Assembly (NCBI RefSeq): GCF_018977255.1 | Contig: NW_024704742.1 | Coordinates: 74,216,001 to 74,280,000, forward strand | Origin: Callorhinchus milii | Taxonomy: Eukaryota | Length of the DNA stretch: 64,000 nucleotides | Direction of reading: 5' to 3' | Shown here: positions 11,987 through 24,500 of the stretch, piece by piece | Position numbering within the stretch: the first letter of the stretch is position 1 | Layout: every line of letters starts with the position of its first letter | The notes under the pieces: generated by a model | Told to the model about the DNA's origin: nothing | The model's input: the letters and a program-made list of their open reading frames with translations, nothing else | Databases searched by the model: none | Position numbers and translations under genes: made by a program

Positions 11987-12139
11987 TAGCACCTTATCAC
12001 GTCTTCAAAACGTCTCAAAGCGCTTCACAAAATATACTGTAACGTGAAATAGACTTCATTAGTACCCAACGCACACTCTTGCCAACCTGCACCTTTAATA
12101 ATCTCTGGAATGCAGACACAATTCACGGGTAGCAACAAA

Positions 12140-12145
12140 TTTATT
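12140..12145 (-). promoter_or_regulatory. Candidate MBOAT4 polyadenylation signal (AATAAA on the minus strand)
   Basis: tttatt on the plus strand ~940 nt past the stop, at the end of a repeat-poor AT-rich stretch; unverified. Confidence 0.35.
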
Positions 12146-13080
12146 GAAAAATGATTCAGTCCAGGCACTGAAGAGTTGTAAATCTTGCTTAGACACTGAC
12201 AGCAGTTTACATCACACAAATTGATGTAAATCAGTAGATTCAATTTGTGTGATGTATACAGCAACAAAAACAATAAATTGCATTGACAATAGTGCCTTTC
12301 ACGTCAGGAAGACACCCAAAGACGCTGGACAACTTCAGAAGATTGAATGTCTGAAAACTCCCCCTTGATTCTGAATTGCTAAATGCCACTATTTATTCTT
12401 CTGTAAATATAGAATACAACAAAATTAATTCATGCTGAAGTCCCCAGGCTCTATTTTCAAAGCATTTGTACTCTTTCAAATAATCAGCAATTAAACATTT
12501 TTTTCCAAAATGTTTTGTCCTTGATGTACAAGAGAAATGCGTGTCCTTAACAAGGAATAAAAGAGATGGTTATAACTTAAAAGCTCCACTATATGAAAAC
12601 ACGCATTTTTCAGCTCTTAAATTGATGAGGCATTTGGATTCGGTGAGCAAGAGTAAGCTTTCAGTGTTCTCTGAATTTTGCAGATGCTTTTGGTGGTTGT
12701 ATTACTTTGTTGGAGTATGGTGCTGAATTTTCAGATACTGCTATATAAGTACCAGTTGTTAACAGACACTTTTCCTCTCAGCATTGTATTTTTGCACCTC
12801 ATGTGTCAACATGTGTCTGTCTGGACACAACAAAGATTTGATTAAAGGAACTGCACACGAATATTCACATTTCTACAAATTCGCAGAAGATATCCTCCTG
12901 TAACTGTATATTACACAGAATTAAGCTCAAATGCAAAACATTCCAAAGCAGGAATTGACACTGCCTTGATTGTTTGGCTGAAAAAAATATAGTGTGAACA
13001 AGCTAATAACTTGGGATCTTCACATTCTGAGGAAACCTTCCCCACAAGTTTAAAATGAGGAAAAGTTCCATTCATTGCCT

Positions 13081-14064
13081 TTAATGATGTTGCGACACAA
13101 TGCACATTGCCACCAGCACCAGCATGTACATTACCGGGCTGAGAATACAGGCAGACCTGCACATCATTAGCACGTAAGCCAAAGTTCGGAGCTCCACAGC
13201 TATCAAAATGTATGCAGTTATCAGTCGTGTTTGTATCCATGTGAATACTTTATAGACAATCAGCAGCAGCCTTGATTTCTTGGTGAGTGGCATAATATAA
13301 TGGTGAACATAATAGTCGGCTTTTACACTGCAAGCCCACAAAACAAACCCGAAGACTTGACCAGGGTGAAGGCCATGCCACCATGCTGAGAAGGCAAATG
13401 TTGCTAAAAGAGGATGAACTTTGCTTCGCTGAAACACCATCCTTCTAAGCCAGTCGGCTGTGGTTTTGTTCCACGTTCGAGTGAACTCTGATATCTTATT
13501 AGTTGTCTCCAGGGTCCATATGTCAGCATCTGAGAGAGCACTGCAGACACATCTCTCCTTCTTGGCCTGTCCCTCAAATCCCAGGCCAACTAAGTTATTG
13601 AGAGATTCGCTGAGGAGCCATTGAGAGTAATATGCTAACCTGAACATCAAAGCTGTCATCGATATCAATAAAATATCCTTAGAAACATCACAATACAAGA
13701 CCCTTGATCGATGCCCTCTATGACACGAATACAATTTGTCAGAAACATTCTTAATCTGTCCATTATGAAAACTAATAAGCACTTCTTTAAAAAAGGCCAG
13801 ATGGAATTTGCATTTCTTTTTTGCTGAGACTTTTTAAGATTTTCCATATGGATTTGAAACATTTGGAAGGAACATAGAGGTCCTCCAAGTAGGGCAGGGA
13901 AATATAGTACGTAGCTGATGTGTGGTAATAAGCAACGGAGAAATTCTGAGGAACTGTGATGCCGCTGCATTTTTGCAATTGTGACTTTGCCTTCGTGAAC
14001 ATCCAAGGACACGGACGTTACTCTCTGAATGAGCAGCATAAGTGATGACAGAGCTATCAGGAAC
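13081..14064 (-). CDS. MBOAT4: MBOAT4 coding exon 3, containing one frameshift near 13700 (possible pseudogene or assembly error)
   Basis: Acceptor tttcacatgtag|14064. Frame A: FLIALSSLMLLIQRVTSVSLD...YFPALLGGPLCSF, stop at 13665-13667. Frame B: YYSQW...DADIWTLE...WNKTTADWLRRMVF...FAFSAWWHGLHPGQVFGF, stop at 13081-13083. The exon is 984 nt, and 985 is needed for a single frame. Confidence 0.88.
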
Positions 14065-14699
14065 CTACATGTGAAAGAAAGTATGGGTGTCATTAATTTT
14101 TTTCTCGCAAATTACCAGCAAAATATTGCTCGTTAAAAAATCTATTCACAAAAATCTATGAAGGATGCACTTTATATGACACAATTCTATGCAAATTAAC
14201 ATTTATATCGTGCCTTTAATGTTAGAAGGATGTCCCAAAGCACAAAACACTGCTGGCTGGCCATCCTAGCTGGAGGTCGGAGCTGACGGGGTGGGAAAGG
14301 GAAAGATGACTGAAAGAGAGTATGTCTTGAGAGTGTCAATACTCAATGTCATTATAGAATGTTACTACTTCCAAAATATTTTTCCCCTGCATTCTTCATT
14401 TTCCTGTCTTCCCTGTGAGTTAGCTTACTGAAAGTGGATCCTCAGATCAACTCTGACACAGTTGGGACCTATTGCTATTCAATGTTCAAAATACAGACAT
14501 GGGTCTTGAACCCACAACCTTCCACCTCAGTGCTACCAATTGAGTCAGGCTAACACAAAGAGTGAACTGGTAGAAACCTATAAAATGAATGGCTTGATGG
14601 CCTTCTTAAATTTTTTTTGAGTGATCTGTACAGTACTTCCATATGTGTGTGATTTTTCTTACACATTGACAGAACAATGTACTTCTTATTATAGGATCC

Positions 14700-15270
14700 A
14701 CCATTTCCAGGAGTGCTTGGTTACTTTTTTGATCAACCGAGTGAGTGTGTGACAAATGTATGAACCCATCACCATGCTTAAGAGTATCCAAACCAGACTG
14801 ATAATACAGAAATTTCCCTGTGTTTGGAATACAATGCACACTCTCTCCCCAGAGGGATGCACCCTGCCTACCTAATTCCAGAAGGTATTAGGCAGGTTGT
14901 CAAAAGCCAAGGCTTGGATACCCCAGAGTTGGTGTTGAGGTACTGCAGGAGTTAAGCTGAAACCGCATAGCTTGCCACTGAAAGCACTGGCTGGGAAGTT
15001 TTCTGCTGCTTGTCCAGCTAGGACTATCCTACCAGTTAGAGCTTTGGGTTGCAGGATTAAAGGAGCTGAGAGGGATTCCTCCTTTTCCCAGTGACTGGAC
15101 TTCCCTTCCAGGTCCTACTGAGAGCCAGACTGGCTGTGCTATCATTAACAGTGCCTTGGAATACTGGCTCAGGTACTGGACGACTGAAACTCCTACAGAG
15201 GATTGACTTGATTTTGACAATTCTGTGGACAAGTATGTCACCTTGAAACCAGTTCAGTTCCAAGGAGCTT
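14700..15270 (-). repeat. Unclassified interspersed repeat (~550-600 bp)
   Basis: Shared blocks (agctggacaagcagc, ggggtccccaagcc, ggaattagg.aagcaggatgtg, ggaatttccatgtgtaggtgg) recur on + at ~4965-5362, 38545-38965, 41208-41530, 43460-43630 and 63685-63965. Confidence 0.75.
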
Positions 15271-15821
15271 ATCTCCCCTCCCCCCAAGGAAGATAATCAC
15301 TAGTTGGTCATTTGATAACCGACAAGTGCAGGTTTGAGCCCTCAGTGGGTGGATGGCAGACATTCCCTATGAGCCTCCTGGAAGGATGGTACCTTCAACA
15401 ATGCAGTCTCCTCTACATGTTACCAAAGACTGAGAGGCTTGAATCCCCAACCTTCTGACCCAGAGGAAAAAGTACTCTAAACTGAGCTAGGCTGATTGCG
15501 ATTCTAAATCTATGGTAGAGGAATGATGTCCTAAATATGTAAAAACTATGTGTTGATTGCTAATACTGCCAATCTGTTACGTTTATATTTGGACATCCCA
15601 GCACCAACCACATGAATACATCCATGTGTTTAACATATGGAGTACATACAGGGTCCAATGGCAGCTAGCTGATCCTGGGGATCAATCTGGGACATTGTGT
15701 AGTTACAGCTGGAGATGTGAAAAGTCAGAGGCACAAGATCATCATGTCAAAACCAGGCTATGAACTACGGAACCAGGAGATCACAAGATCAAAAACAGGC
15801 AATTTCCCACTAAGCACTTAC

Positions 15822-16046
15822 TTTGTATCTGTTGGTTCCTGGAGATAATAGTCTTTATAGTGAAGCCAAAGATGACATAGGGACAGCCAACTCATCTGAG
15901 TGAAGAAGATCAATTTGTGAACAGTCATGGCTCTGAGAGAGTGTAGCATCATCACAGAAGAAAGAGCAGGAATGAGTACCAGAGCAGCGTAGGGTCCCAT
16001 GGAAACACACATGACTAGAAGTCCGCCAAACACAAGGAATAAATAC
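15822..16046 (-). CDS. MBOAT4: MBOAT4 coding exon 2
   Basis: tttccag| acceptor, |gtaagt donor, 225 nt; RYLFLVFGG...MGPYAALV...VHKLIFFTQMSWLSLCHLWLHYKDYYLQEP resembles GOAT exon 2. Confidence 0.9.
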
Positions 16047-18519
16047 CTGGAAAGTCATGGAAAATTCTGTTTCATAAATTAAGGAAACACAGATTTTGTG
16101 ATAGATTTAGAATTTCAATGTTCAGGTTGTATTGCATACATTACATTTCAATGTGCTTCGGCTCATAGAACCATAGAAACCTGAGGCATAAAAGAGGGCA
16201 ATTCAGCCCATGTGTCTTTACTGGCTGTTTGAAATATAACTCCATTCAGTCCCATTTGGCTGCTTTTACCCCACACCCTTGTAATTTATTCCTTTTAGGT
16301 ATTGAACAACAATGTCTCAGAGCGCTTGAATTCATATTGTTCCCTCTTGAAAGTCAATTGTTCACTCAGCTTTTTGCAAGCACTGTGCAACCATTGATTC
16401 AGCCTAATCCAGTGCATTAACTGAACATCTGAGCTGCCATCTTCATGGAGAAGTCCTGAGATCAAAGAAACATACAACTTAAATAGAGACAATGGAACCT
16501 TTAGTTTGGAAGAAGCTGAACAACATATACATTTGCCACAGGACTTTTGAGTATTGCCTGGTGAGTTATTTCTTATCATAAAATCTTACATCATAGAAAC
16601 CGGATCCCATCTAGTCTGAGCTGGTATTGTTCTCGACATAAGGCACCCAGTCTATTTCTGCTCTCCTGCTCACTCCTCTTACCCTTTAAAACTATTTTCC
16701 AAGCATCTATCTTCAACAAACATTAATATCATGGATTAGCTCTCTTCTTCAATTATTTGTAGATATTGTCTTTTTGTTTCTCTAGTATTAATTCATGGTC
16801 ATTGTTGTCCAATCTTATTTCATCTATCAGATCCATTTCATTTGTTTTAAACTTCAAATCTGCTGATAATATGTTCTGTTTTCCAAAGTAAGATTGGTGT
16901 TTTAGCAGGAAACTGTTTAATTCAATAACATACATCCATTTCCAGAGTTAATTATAGACCTCTGAGCCACTTACTGTAATGGCTAAGAGAAAATGGCTCA
17001 GTTTGCATATTACAGAAGATATGGTCCGCTTATGGGAACTGTACTCTAGATGAGATTCAAATAGGAATTGATAAAAATGACAAACTAATGCTCTATCCCT
17101 ACCATTGCTTTGTGAATACTCAAAGTCTGGGAATTACTCAGGAAATCCATTGTTATAGTCTGGAAATGTAAAGAAACAAAAACCATTGAATTCAGAATAT
17201 TACATGTTAGCTTCCTCCCAACCATTCGCAATTATAAATAAAGCACTTAGGAGTAGTGAAGAGTGTTACAGTAAACAGCAAGTACCAATATCCGCTGTAC
17301 CACAAAAATACTTTGCAACAGTAACTTCTACTTATATGACTTCTTCCACAGGACAACATCTCACAGCCCTTTGGAGGAATATTATGGAAGTCCAAGCATG
17401 ATGAAAAATAGGGGGAGAGGAGTAGGAGGATGGTGACTGAAGGTGCAGTCAAAGAGGTAGGTTTTTAGAAGGGTTCTGAGGTCAGGGTGCGATGTGGAGG
17501 GAGTTTGGGTGAGATTGGGGTGTAGTAGCTGTTTAAATCCCTCCACAGCCTCACCCGACCCAACCTACGTGACCTCCTTCAACCCTACTGAGCCCGCTGC
17601 TCCATTCATTCAGCAAACACCAGCCTGCTTCATGTTCATCACCTTATCCTCCCTCCAACAGTGGGCAGGCTCTCGGACATTCTTGCTCTCTGGAAATCCA
17701 TCTTAAAGCCCCTCTGACTTGCTTCCTCCCTTCCATGTTCAAGATCTGTCTCAAGATGTACCACTTTAACCTCGCTTTTGGTCATCTTGCCCCTCCCAAG
17801 CCCGTCGGCTCCAACCTGCAGCTTGGTTGCCCAGCCAGCATTGTCAATCGCTTTGAAACTTCCTCCTGATGTGAAATATGCTATATCGCTGTAAATTGTA
17901 TTGTATAAACTGTAAGCTCTGAGTGCCAGGCGACAACAAAACTTCATTTTCAAACTGTGCTACATTTTAATTTAAGTGTAAGCTCACAGTAAAATCCTCA
18001 AGTGCTTTGTTTGAGACTTCTTAGAGATATGATGAGGTGTTATATCAAATGTAATGATTATTATATTTCTAAAGACTATTTCTGGATGGTTATTTTCCAC
18101 CAGATTTTTGGTTCATGTGCCCTTATTTTTAATAGATTGATTTTTACCCTAGATGGATTTACAAATGTAATCTGACTCAAACTATGAAAAAATAGTAATT
18201 TGTGAAGCATTCTGAAACATTATTTTATCTTTGCTTTTGACCCCACAATTTGAGCAGTCAATTCTATGTAAAAACTACACCTCATAATATTCAAACTATA
18301 TTTATTTTGAAAACATTTCAAAGCAATTAGACTTCTCTCATAACAAAGCACACTGTCACTATTTCTAATGCGTTACTTCAATCTACTTCAAAATTATTAA
18401 GAACTATCAAGAACTATTTAATCTACCACATCACTCAATGAAACTTGCTCATGAGATTCAATCTTTACCTAAAACGTGAAAGATCAATCCCTTGTTGGTA
18501 TTGATCATATTAGACTTAC

Positions 18520-18647
18520 CTTGCAGTCAAAGGCAGGTGCCCCTTGATGGAGAGCTGGTAAAACATGAAAGCAAGTGGAACACTCATGAGCTGGTACATG
18601 GTGACTGGGTAAAAGTCCAGCTGAAACTGCAGGAACTCTAAGTCCAT
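18520..18647 (-). CDS. MBOAT4: MBOAT4 (ghrelin O-acyltransferase) coding exon 1
   Basis: ATG at 18647; MDLEFLQFQLDFYPVTMYQLMSVPLAFMFYQLSIKGHLPLTA(R); donor AG|gtaagt; 128 nt; phase 2 fits exon 2. Confidence 0.85.
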
Positions 18648-21079
18648 ACTAGGGACAATCTTTTCAAGTTTAACTGTTGCAAACGAACAAATGCAGTTTT
18701 GTAATAATTAGTTTTTCAAACTGTTAACTAATCTGCTACGGATAGAAATGTGCAGTCTTTCAAATGAAGTGTTGATGTGTGCATCAAACACCAGCACAAA
18801 CTAATGTGCTAGACGCTCATAAATTTATGTACAAGTGAAGCAGGCAAAAAAATACAAAACTAAAAAGTGTTGATTGATAATGGAATATGGAATATGGAAG
18901 GGAAATGCTTGATTAATGCTCTTGTTTCCAGGTAACTGAGGAATAGTGAGAAAGTCCTGCTTAGATCTCTCTGCCTCACATAACCCAGCTCTTTAGAGAC
19001 TGTTATGTATTCATGGTGTACTATTTGAATTGTTGTGTTTGTTGTAAACACATTTTAATAAAAAACAACACATATCAGTTTTATCTCACTACGTTCTGCA
19101 ACTAGCATCTATGTGTATCCAGGGAACCTATTCTCCATCACTAGATCACTAAGTGTCACTAAGAATCCTGAGGCACCAGGGATTAAGAGAATTGAAGTAC
19201 ACTTCAAATGGACTGCATAATGAACAAAATACAATATTTGTAATTCAGTCATTTGGGTAAAAATGACATTCGAAGGCACATACAGTAACTTTGCTGTTGC
19301 TGTATACGACTAGTGAGAAATGTGATTAGTGTCTGACATCACCAAAGATCATGCACTTAACACTGAACGGAATTCTTTTAGTTCTTTTAGAGTCTGCTTC
19401 TAAATAGAGTTATTTTAGAGTCTGGTTTATGAAATGCTGGATTATTTATTCCAGCGCTTTGCGATGTCCTCCCGATGTGAAAGGGGCTCTATAAATGTAA
19501 TTTGGTTGTTGAGTTGTTGTATTTCATCTCTCTGCTTCTATTATAGCGGGGAAGAAAGTAGGGCATCATTTATGTTCATTCTTTATGCCTTAGTAAAGAT
19601 TATTAATGGTAACCTTGCAGCCATGAGGTACTGGTAATTTTCATGGTATTTGTCCCAGGTTGGATCATCCTACCCATTATTACTTTGGATTATTAGTTTT
19701 TGGAGACATAGACAATCTTCGATCAAGAAGCAGACAGGCTGGTCAATGATATCTTGAATTGCAATGGTTTGTCTCCCTGGTTTTGCCAGGTGTGATTCCT
19801 TAGACCCCTTTAAGACATGGTTCTTATTTTCTATAATGTGAAGACCTGAGAGGACCAACGTAAGTGGGGGTGGGGAGTAAAGAGCTGAGAGGATCAGTGT
19901 GTGGGGTGGAGGGCGTAGATGAAGACCTCAACAGAGGACTGGCTTTTGCCCTGATATATTTATCATAATAATCCTTGCATTTGATGTAGCACTTTGTCAC
20001 ATCAAAAAGTTTCAAGAATTTTCTGTAAATTATAATGACTGTATTTCTAGGTAAACTTGTCAGCTAACTTATGCATGACAATATCCCACAAACAACCAAC
20101 AACAACAACAACTTGGATTTATATAGCATCCTCCACGCCGGACGGCGTCTCAGAGCGCATGAAGTGAATAACTAATTTATACCCAAGGGATAAACAACTG
20201 TCTCTTTTTGAATAGAGCCATGTTTACCTGATGAGGCAAACAAGACCTCGTTTTAGTAACTCACCAGACTCCTGGAGCACTGGTTTGGAGTCTCAGCCAA
20301 GATTGTGAACTCAAAGTCCTTTGATTCACAATCTTCTGATTCAGTGCCACCATCTGAGCACAGCTGACTCCGAAGGGATAGCCACCAGCATTCTGGTACT
20401 TTTATCAATGCAATACAAAATTACATTTGTATAGCGCCTTTCACGTCGGGGACTTCCCTAATGACTGTTCAACAACACAGCAACCAACTTCAATATCTGC
20501 TTTGCTATTTGTGATATGAATTTAAAAGTGATTTTCATATTGTCCTACAGCAAAAAAAATTAACAAAGCAATATAGTTTTTGACTTTACAACTATCAAAT
20601 AAACCCCCAAGCTGCTGAATGTTCCACATCTTACAGAAAGGTAAGTCACAATCGCTAGTTACACATGACATGCCAAAGGATGTGGCTAAGTATGCCCTTA
20701 CTCTAATTCTGTAAAGCATTGTTGTATTGAGAAAATGACTTCAACCCTGGATGTACAGATGGAATTGCTAATGCACTTCATGTGAGCCTCTGGGAAATTG
20801 GACTCACAGTGACACCGGGAGAGCTGGCTTCATTATGCATGTACTGGATCTCCCAGCTGATTCCAACTTGCACAGTTTAGATCCAACTTAACATCACTCA
20901 CTGGCAGAGTATCATCTGGGCGATCATCCATCACTGGCAGAATGGGTATCCAACTGTGATTTTCATTGAGGGTGGGGGGGGGGGGGGAAATACCCAATTG
21001 GCCAACAATGGCATTGCAGACAAATGAGACATATCTAGGGCACATAATAATTCCCAGTGATAAATTAAGCGCAGTGGAG

Positions 21080-21575
21080 CTGCTTTTCACCAGGCTATCC
21101 CTATCATCCCCATCCTCACCCAATTCCACTGGCTTCCCATCATACAGAAGGTTCAGCTCAAGATACTGGTCCTTACCTTCAAAGCCGTCCATTGCCTTGC
21201 TCCCCCCTACCTCTGCCACCTCCTAAACCCCTACCATCCTGCTCGCTCCCTCAGCTCAGCGGGCTCTGGCCTGTTTCATGTCCCCCGCTTCGCCTGCCCC
21301 ACCATTGGTGGGTGGGCCTTCTGTCACTCTGCCCCCACCCTCTGGAACTCCATCCGACAGTGCCTCTGCCTACCCCCTACCTTGCCTCCTTCAAGACGTA
21401 TCTCAAGAACCTCCTCTTCGACCATACCTTCGATCTCCCTGCTACAGTCCCCGTCCTCCATCCTCCCCAATCCTGACCCCCAGCTCGGGTCTGAAACACT
21501 GACTGTCCAACGCCTTGGGATGTCCTCCCGACATGAAAGGCGCTATTCAAATGAAATTTTGGTGTTGTTGTTGTT
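21080..21575 (+). mobile_element. L2 3' fragment
   Basis: ccactggcttccc...ctctggaactccatcc...gaaaggcgctattcaaatg...(ttg)n. Similar tails at 1-190 (+), 9770-10025 (-) and 53035-53315 (-). Confidence 0.8.
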
Positions 21576-24500
21576 TATTAGATCTTAGAACCATAGAAAT
21601 TGACAGCACAGAAGAGGCCCATTTGGCCCTTCGTGGGCAGACAAAGATTTGTTTGAAACGAGCTGTTGGAATTTTGATAAAGGCAAAAAGATGTTGAGAA
21701 CTACCGATAGCAGTGACGGGATGAGACTGTCTGTCTCAAAAGATGTTTTTAGTAAACCTAAATCTGGATATCTTTACAAGGTCTAAATGTAAGGATTATT
21801 CTCAACGAAGGCAGAAGAGCAGAGATTTGGATAATGGACTAGCCATCTATAAACAACATCTTAAAACAAGAAAACAAAGAAAGGAGACAACCGTCAACAT
21901 GACAGACGCTCACGAAACAACAATCCTGGTACCAGTCGAAATTCTCAATGAAGGAGAAGAACTGAGTTTGGAGTAATTGCTGAGTTTGGGAATGAAGAGG
22001 CTAAATTCAACCAATCTTGAGGAAAGAGAGATATACTATATCAACATGGATCGACTCACGTTAACAAGTCGATTTCTCCATCAAAACCACTGTATTGATC
22101 CCATCAACTCATTACAGTGAATTTTACTAACCCGTTGTAAGCTTCAATCTGATTACTAACCTGTTGTAAGCATTAATTTGATTTGATGAGATGTATAACT
22201 TTGATAATAATAATAATAATAATAATCCTTGCATTTGATATAGCGCTTTTCACGTCGGGAGGACGTCCCAAAGCGCTTCACAGAACACACTGTAAAGTGA
22301 ATTGACTGTATATTTGTGGGCGAACGCGGCAGCCAATTGCGCACAGCAATGTCCCACAAACAGTCGTAGATTGAAAATGACCAATTTATTATTGTTTTTG
22401 GAGGGATTATTGATATGCATAACTTTGATAATTTTATACTGAATTAAATGTTACTACTTGAAAGAATTTGTATCAGTACATACTTCACTGCAGGGTCACA
22501 AATTTTATCGAACCTTACAGGGGGCAGAATGGCTGAAAGCTCTGGGCAAATCAGGTGGGGGACATAAAGCAGACACTTTGCTGATTCGAGGGAGCAGCCA
22601 GAACAGTAGGGTCGAAGGGGATTGCAGAGGTAGAGTGGGTCAGACCATGAAAGGATTTGAAAATGGAAGCGAATCTTGAATATAATCTACTGCGGGAGCC
22701 AATGGAGGCAAGCTGTGGGTGATGTGTTCGCAAAGCCTAGTACAGGAGAAAAACACTTTTCTTTACAATTTCTTATCTATACGAATCAATCCCTTGGTAT
22801 TAAAAGTCATTTAAAATGATAGTTTTATTGTTCCTAAGTTACAAAAATGTGTACCAAACGTAAACAGTAACCTTTCAAATAAAAAAAATGCTTTCGTAAT
22901 GAGCAGGTGCAAACAAATTGTTGGAAGAGATTATTTAAGACTTTGAAAATAAGTTGATTGTTATATAAACTGTTATAGTAATAAATTGTATATCACAGAT
23001 TTCAAGCGGACACCACAGAATTGTTTACAACCTATTCCATTTACTTTAGATGCTTTGTATTCTTCAAAATATCTGACTTTACCTTCTGTTTTAGTGTTAC
23101 ACATTGCGTGAAGTCTGAAAGGGCTGTGTCTGAGTGGATAGTGTTTCTTCTGTAACAGAGAACTATAAATTGTGGCAATAATAATGTGATGCAGAATTTC
23201 AACAGAGGAGGTACGGTTGAGATAGTCAGAGGTCCAGAGAAGCAGGATACTGTATCAATAATGATAGTTGTGAGGGACGGAGGTGGGGGTATTTTTTCCA
23301 GACAACAAAATTGGCTAGAAAATAAAAGAAAAACTGCAGATGAGTCTTAATCTTAATTAAAGCTAAACACTAAAATTCACAGCAGGCTTATCAGCAACTG
23401 TTAGTCCATCAGTCCATGGGAATCTTTTCTCCCACCCCCACTAGCCCGGACTCAAACACGGAAGAGAACGGACAGGAGAAAACCAGTGAGAAAAGAAAAA
23501 CTTTGCCCTTTATTTTCTCACAGAAAAAACACAGGAGTCATTAAGAAACATAAACCCAAATGCCATCTAATGGATAAAGCTTGAAACAGCCGATGATGGT
23601 TCTGTACATAGGCCAAGCACAGGTTGGAGTTAAGGTGCTTCAATTATTTTTCTATTCACAGCAGCTTTTGGTTTCTACAAAAGGATCTCGAAGGATAGGG
23701 GAGATCTCTGCTATTTTATCACAGAAATAAATCTTAACCCCTTTCCCAACTGACCACACTCCTTGGAAGTTCTACTTGCAGCACCCAGGAACTGTTACCA
23801 TAGAGATAATCTCCACAGTTTGCTTATGTAGTCCTTGGAACTGATCGCTAATAACATTATCATGAAAAATTGATCTCCTCACATCCAGTTATATGCTAAA
23901 CATTTATAGAATGTTAATAAATGTTGATAACCACACAAGAGAAGGAAGCTGGCCACAGCACACACGATGATTTGTCAAATAGAAGAGTTTTGTGAATTAG
24001 TTCTATGTTTATTTTTATTTCAGAATATCACTCTTTAGACAATAATACCAGTAAAAAATCTGTTGGAAAGATTCAACTGCAAAAGATTACATAGAATTAC
24101 AGAGGACATAGGATCCAGATATCAGAAGAAGACGGACAGGAGAGCTAAGCAGAATTTTTTTCACACAGAGTTGGGACGTGGAATGCCTGTAAGTTCAAGG
24201 TATGTTGGTAGAGGCAGAATACATTTGATTTCAAGAGGAAATTAGACAGGTACATTAAAGATAAAGACTTGAAGGTCTATGGGCATAAGGTAAGCAATGG
24301 GACTGAATGGATAGTTTGCTCTGAGACCTGGGGCAGGCTCAATGGCCTCTTTTGAACTGTAAATTTCTATGATTACAAGGTTACAGTACAAAAATAGGCC
24401 ATTTCGCCCAACTAGTCTGCACAACTGCTTATACTCCACTCAAGCCTCCACCCCACCCCCCCATACCCATCCATATACCTCTCTGTTCCCTTCACACACA

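Noticed and set aside
13665..13782. A tiny intron or programmed frameshift explaining the MBOAT4 frame change
   Set aside because: Homology length leaves no room for an intron, and I saw no convincing slippery site with a downstream structure at the inferred switch point.
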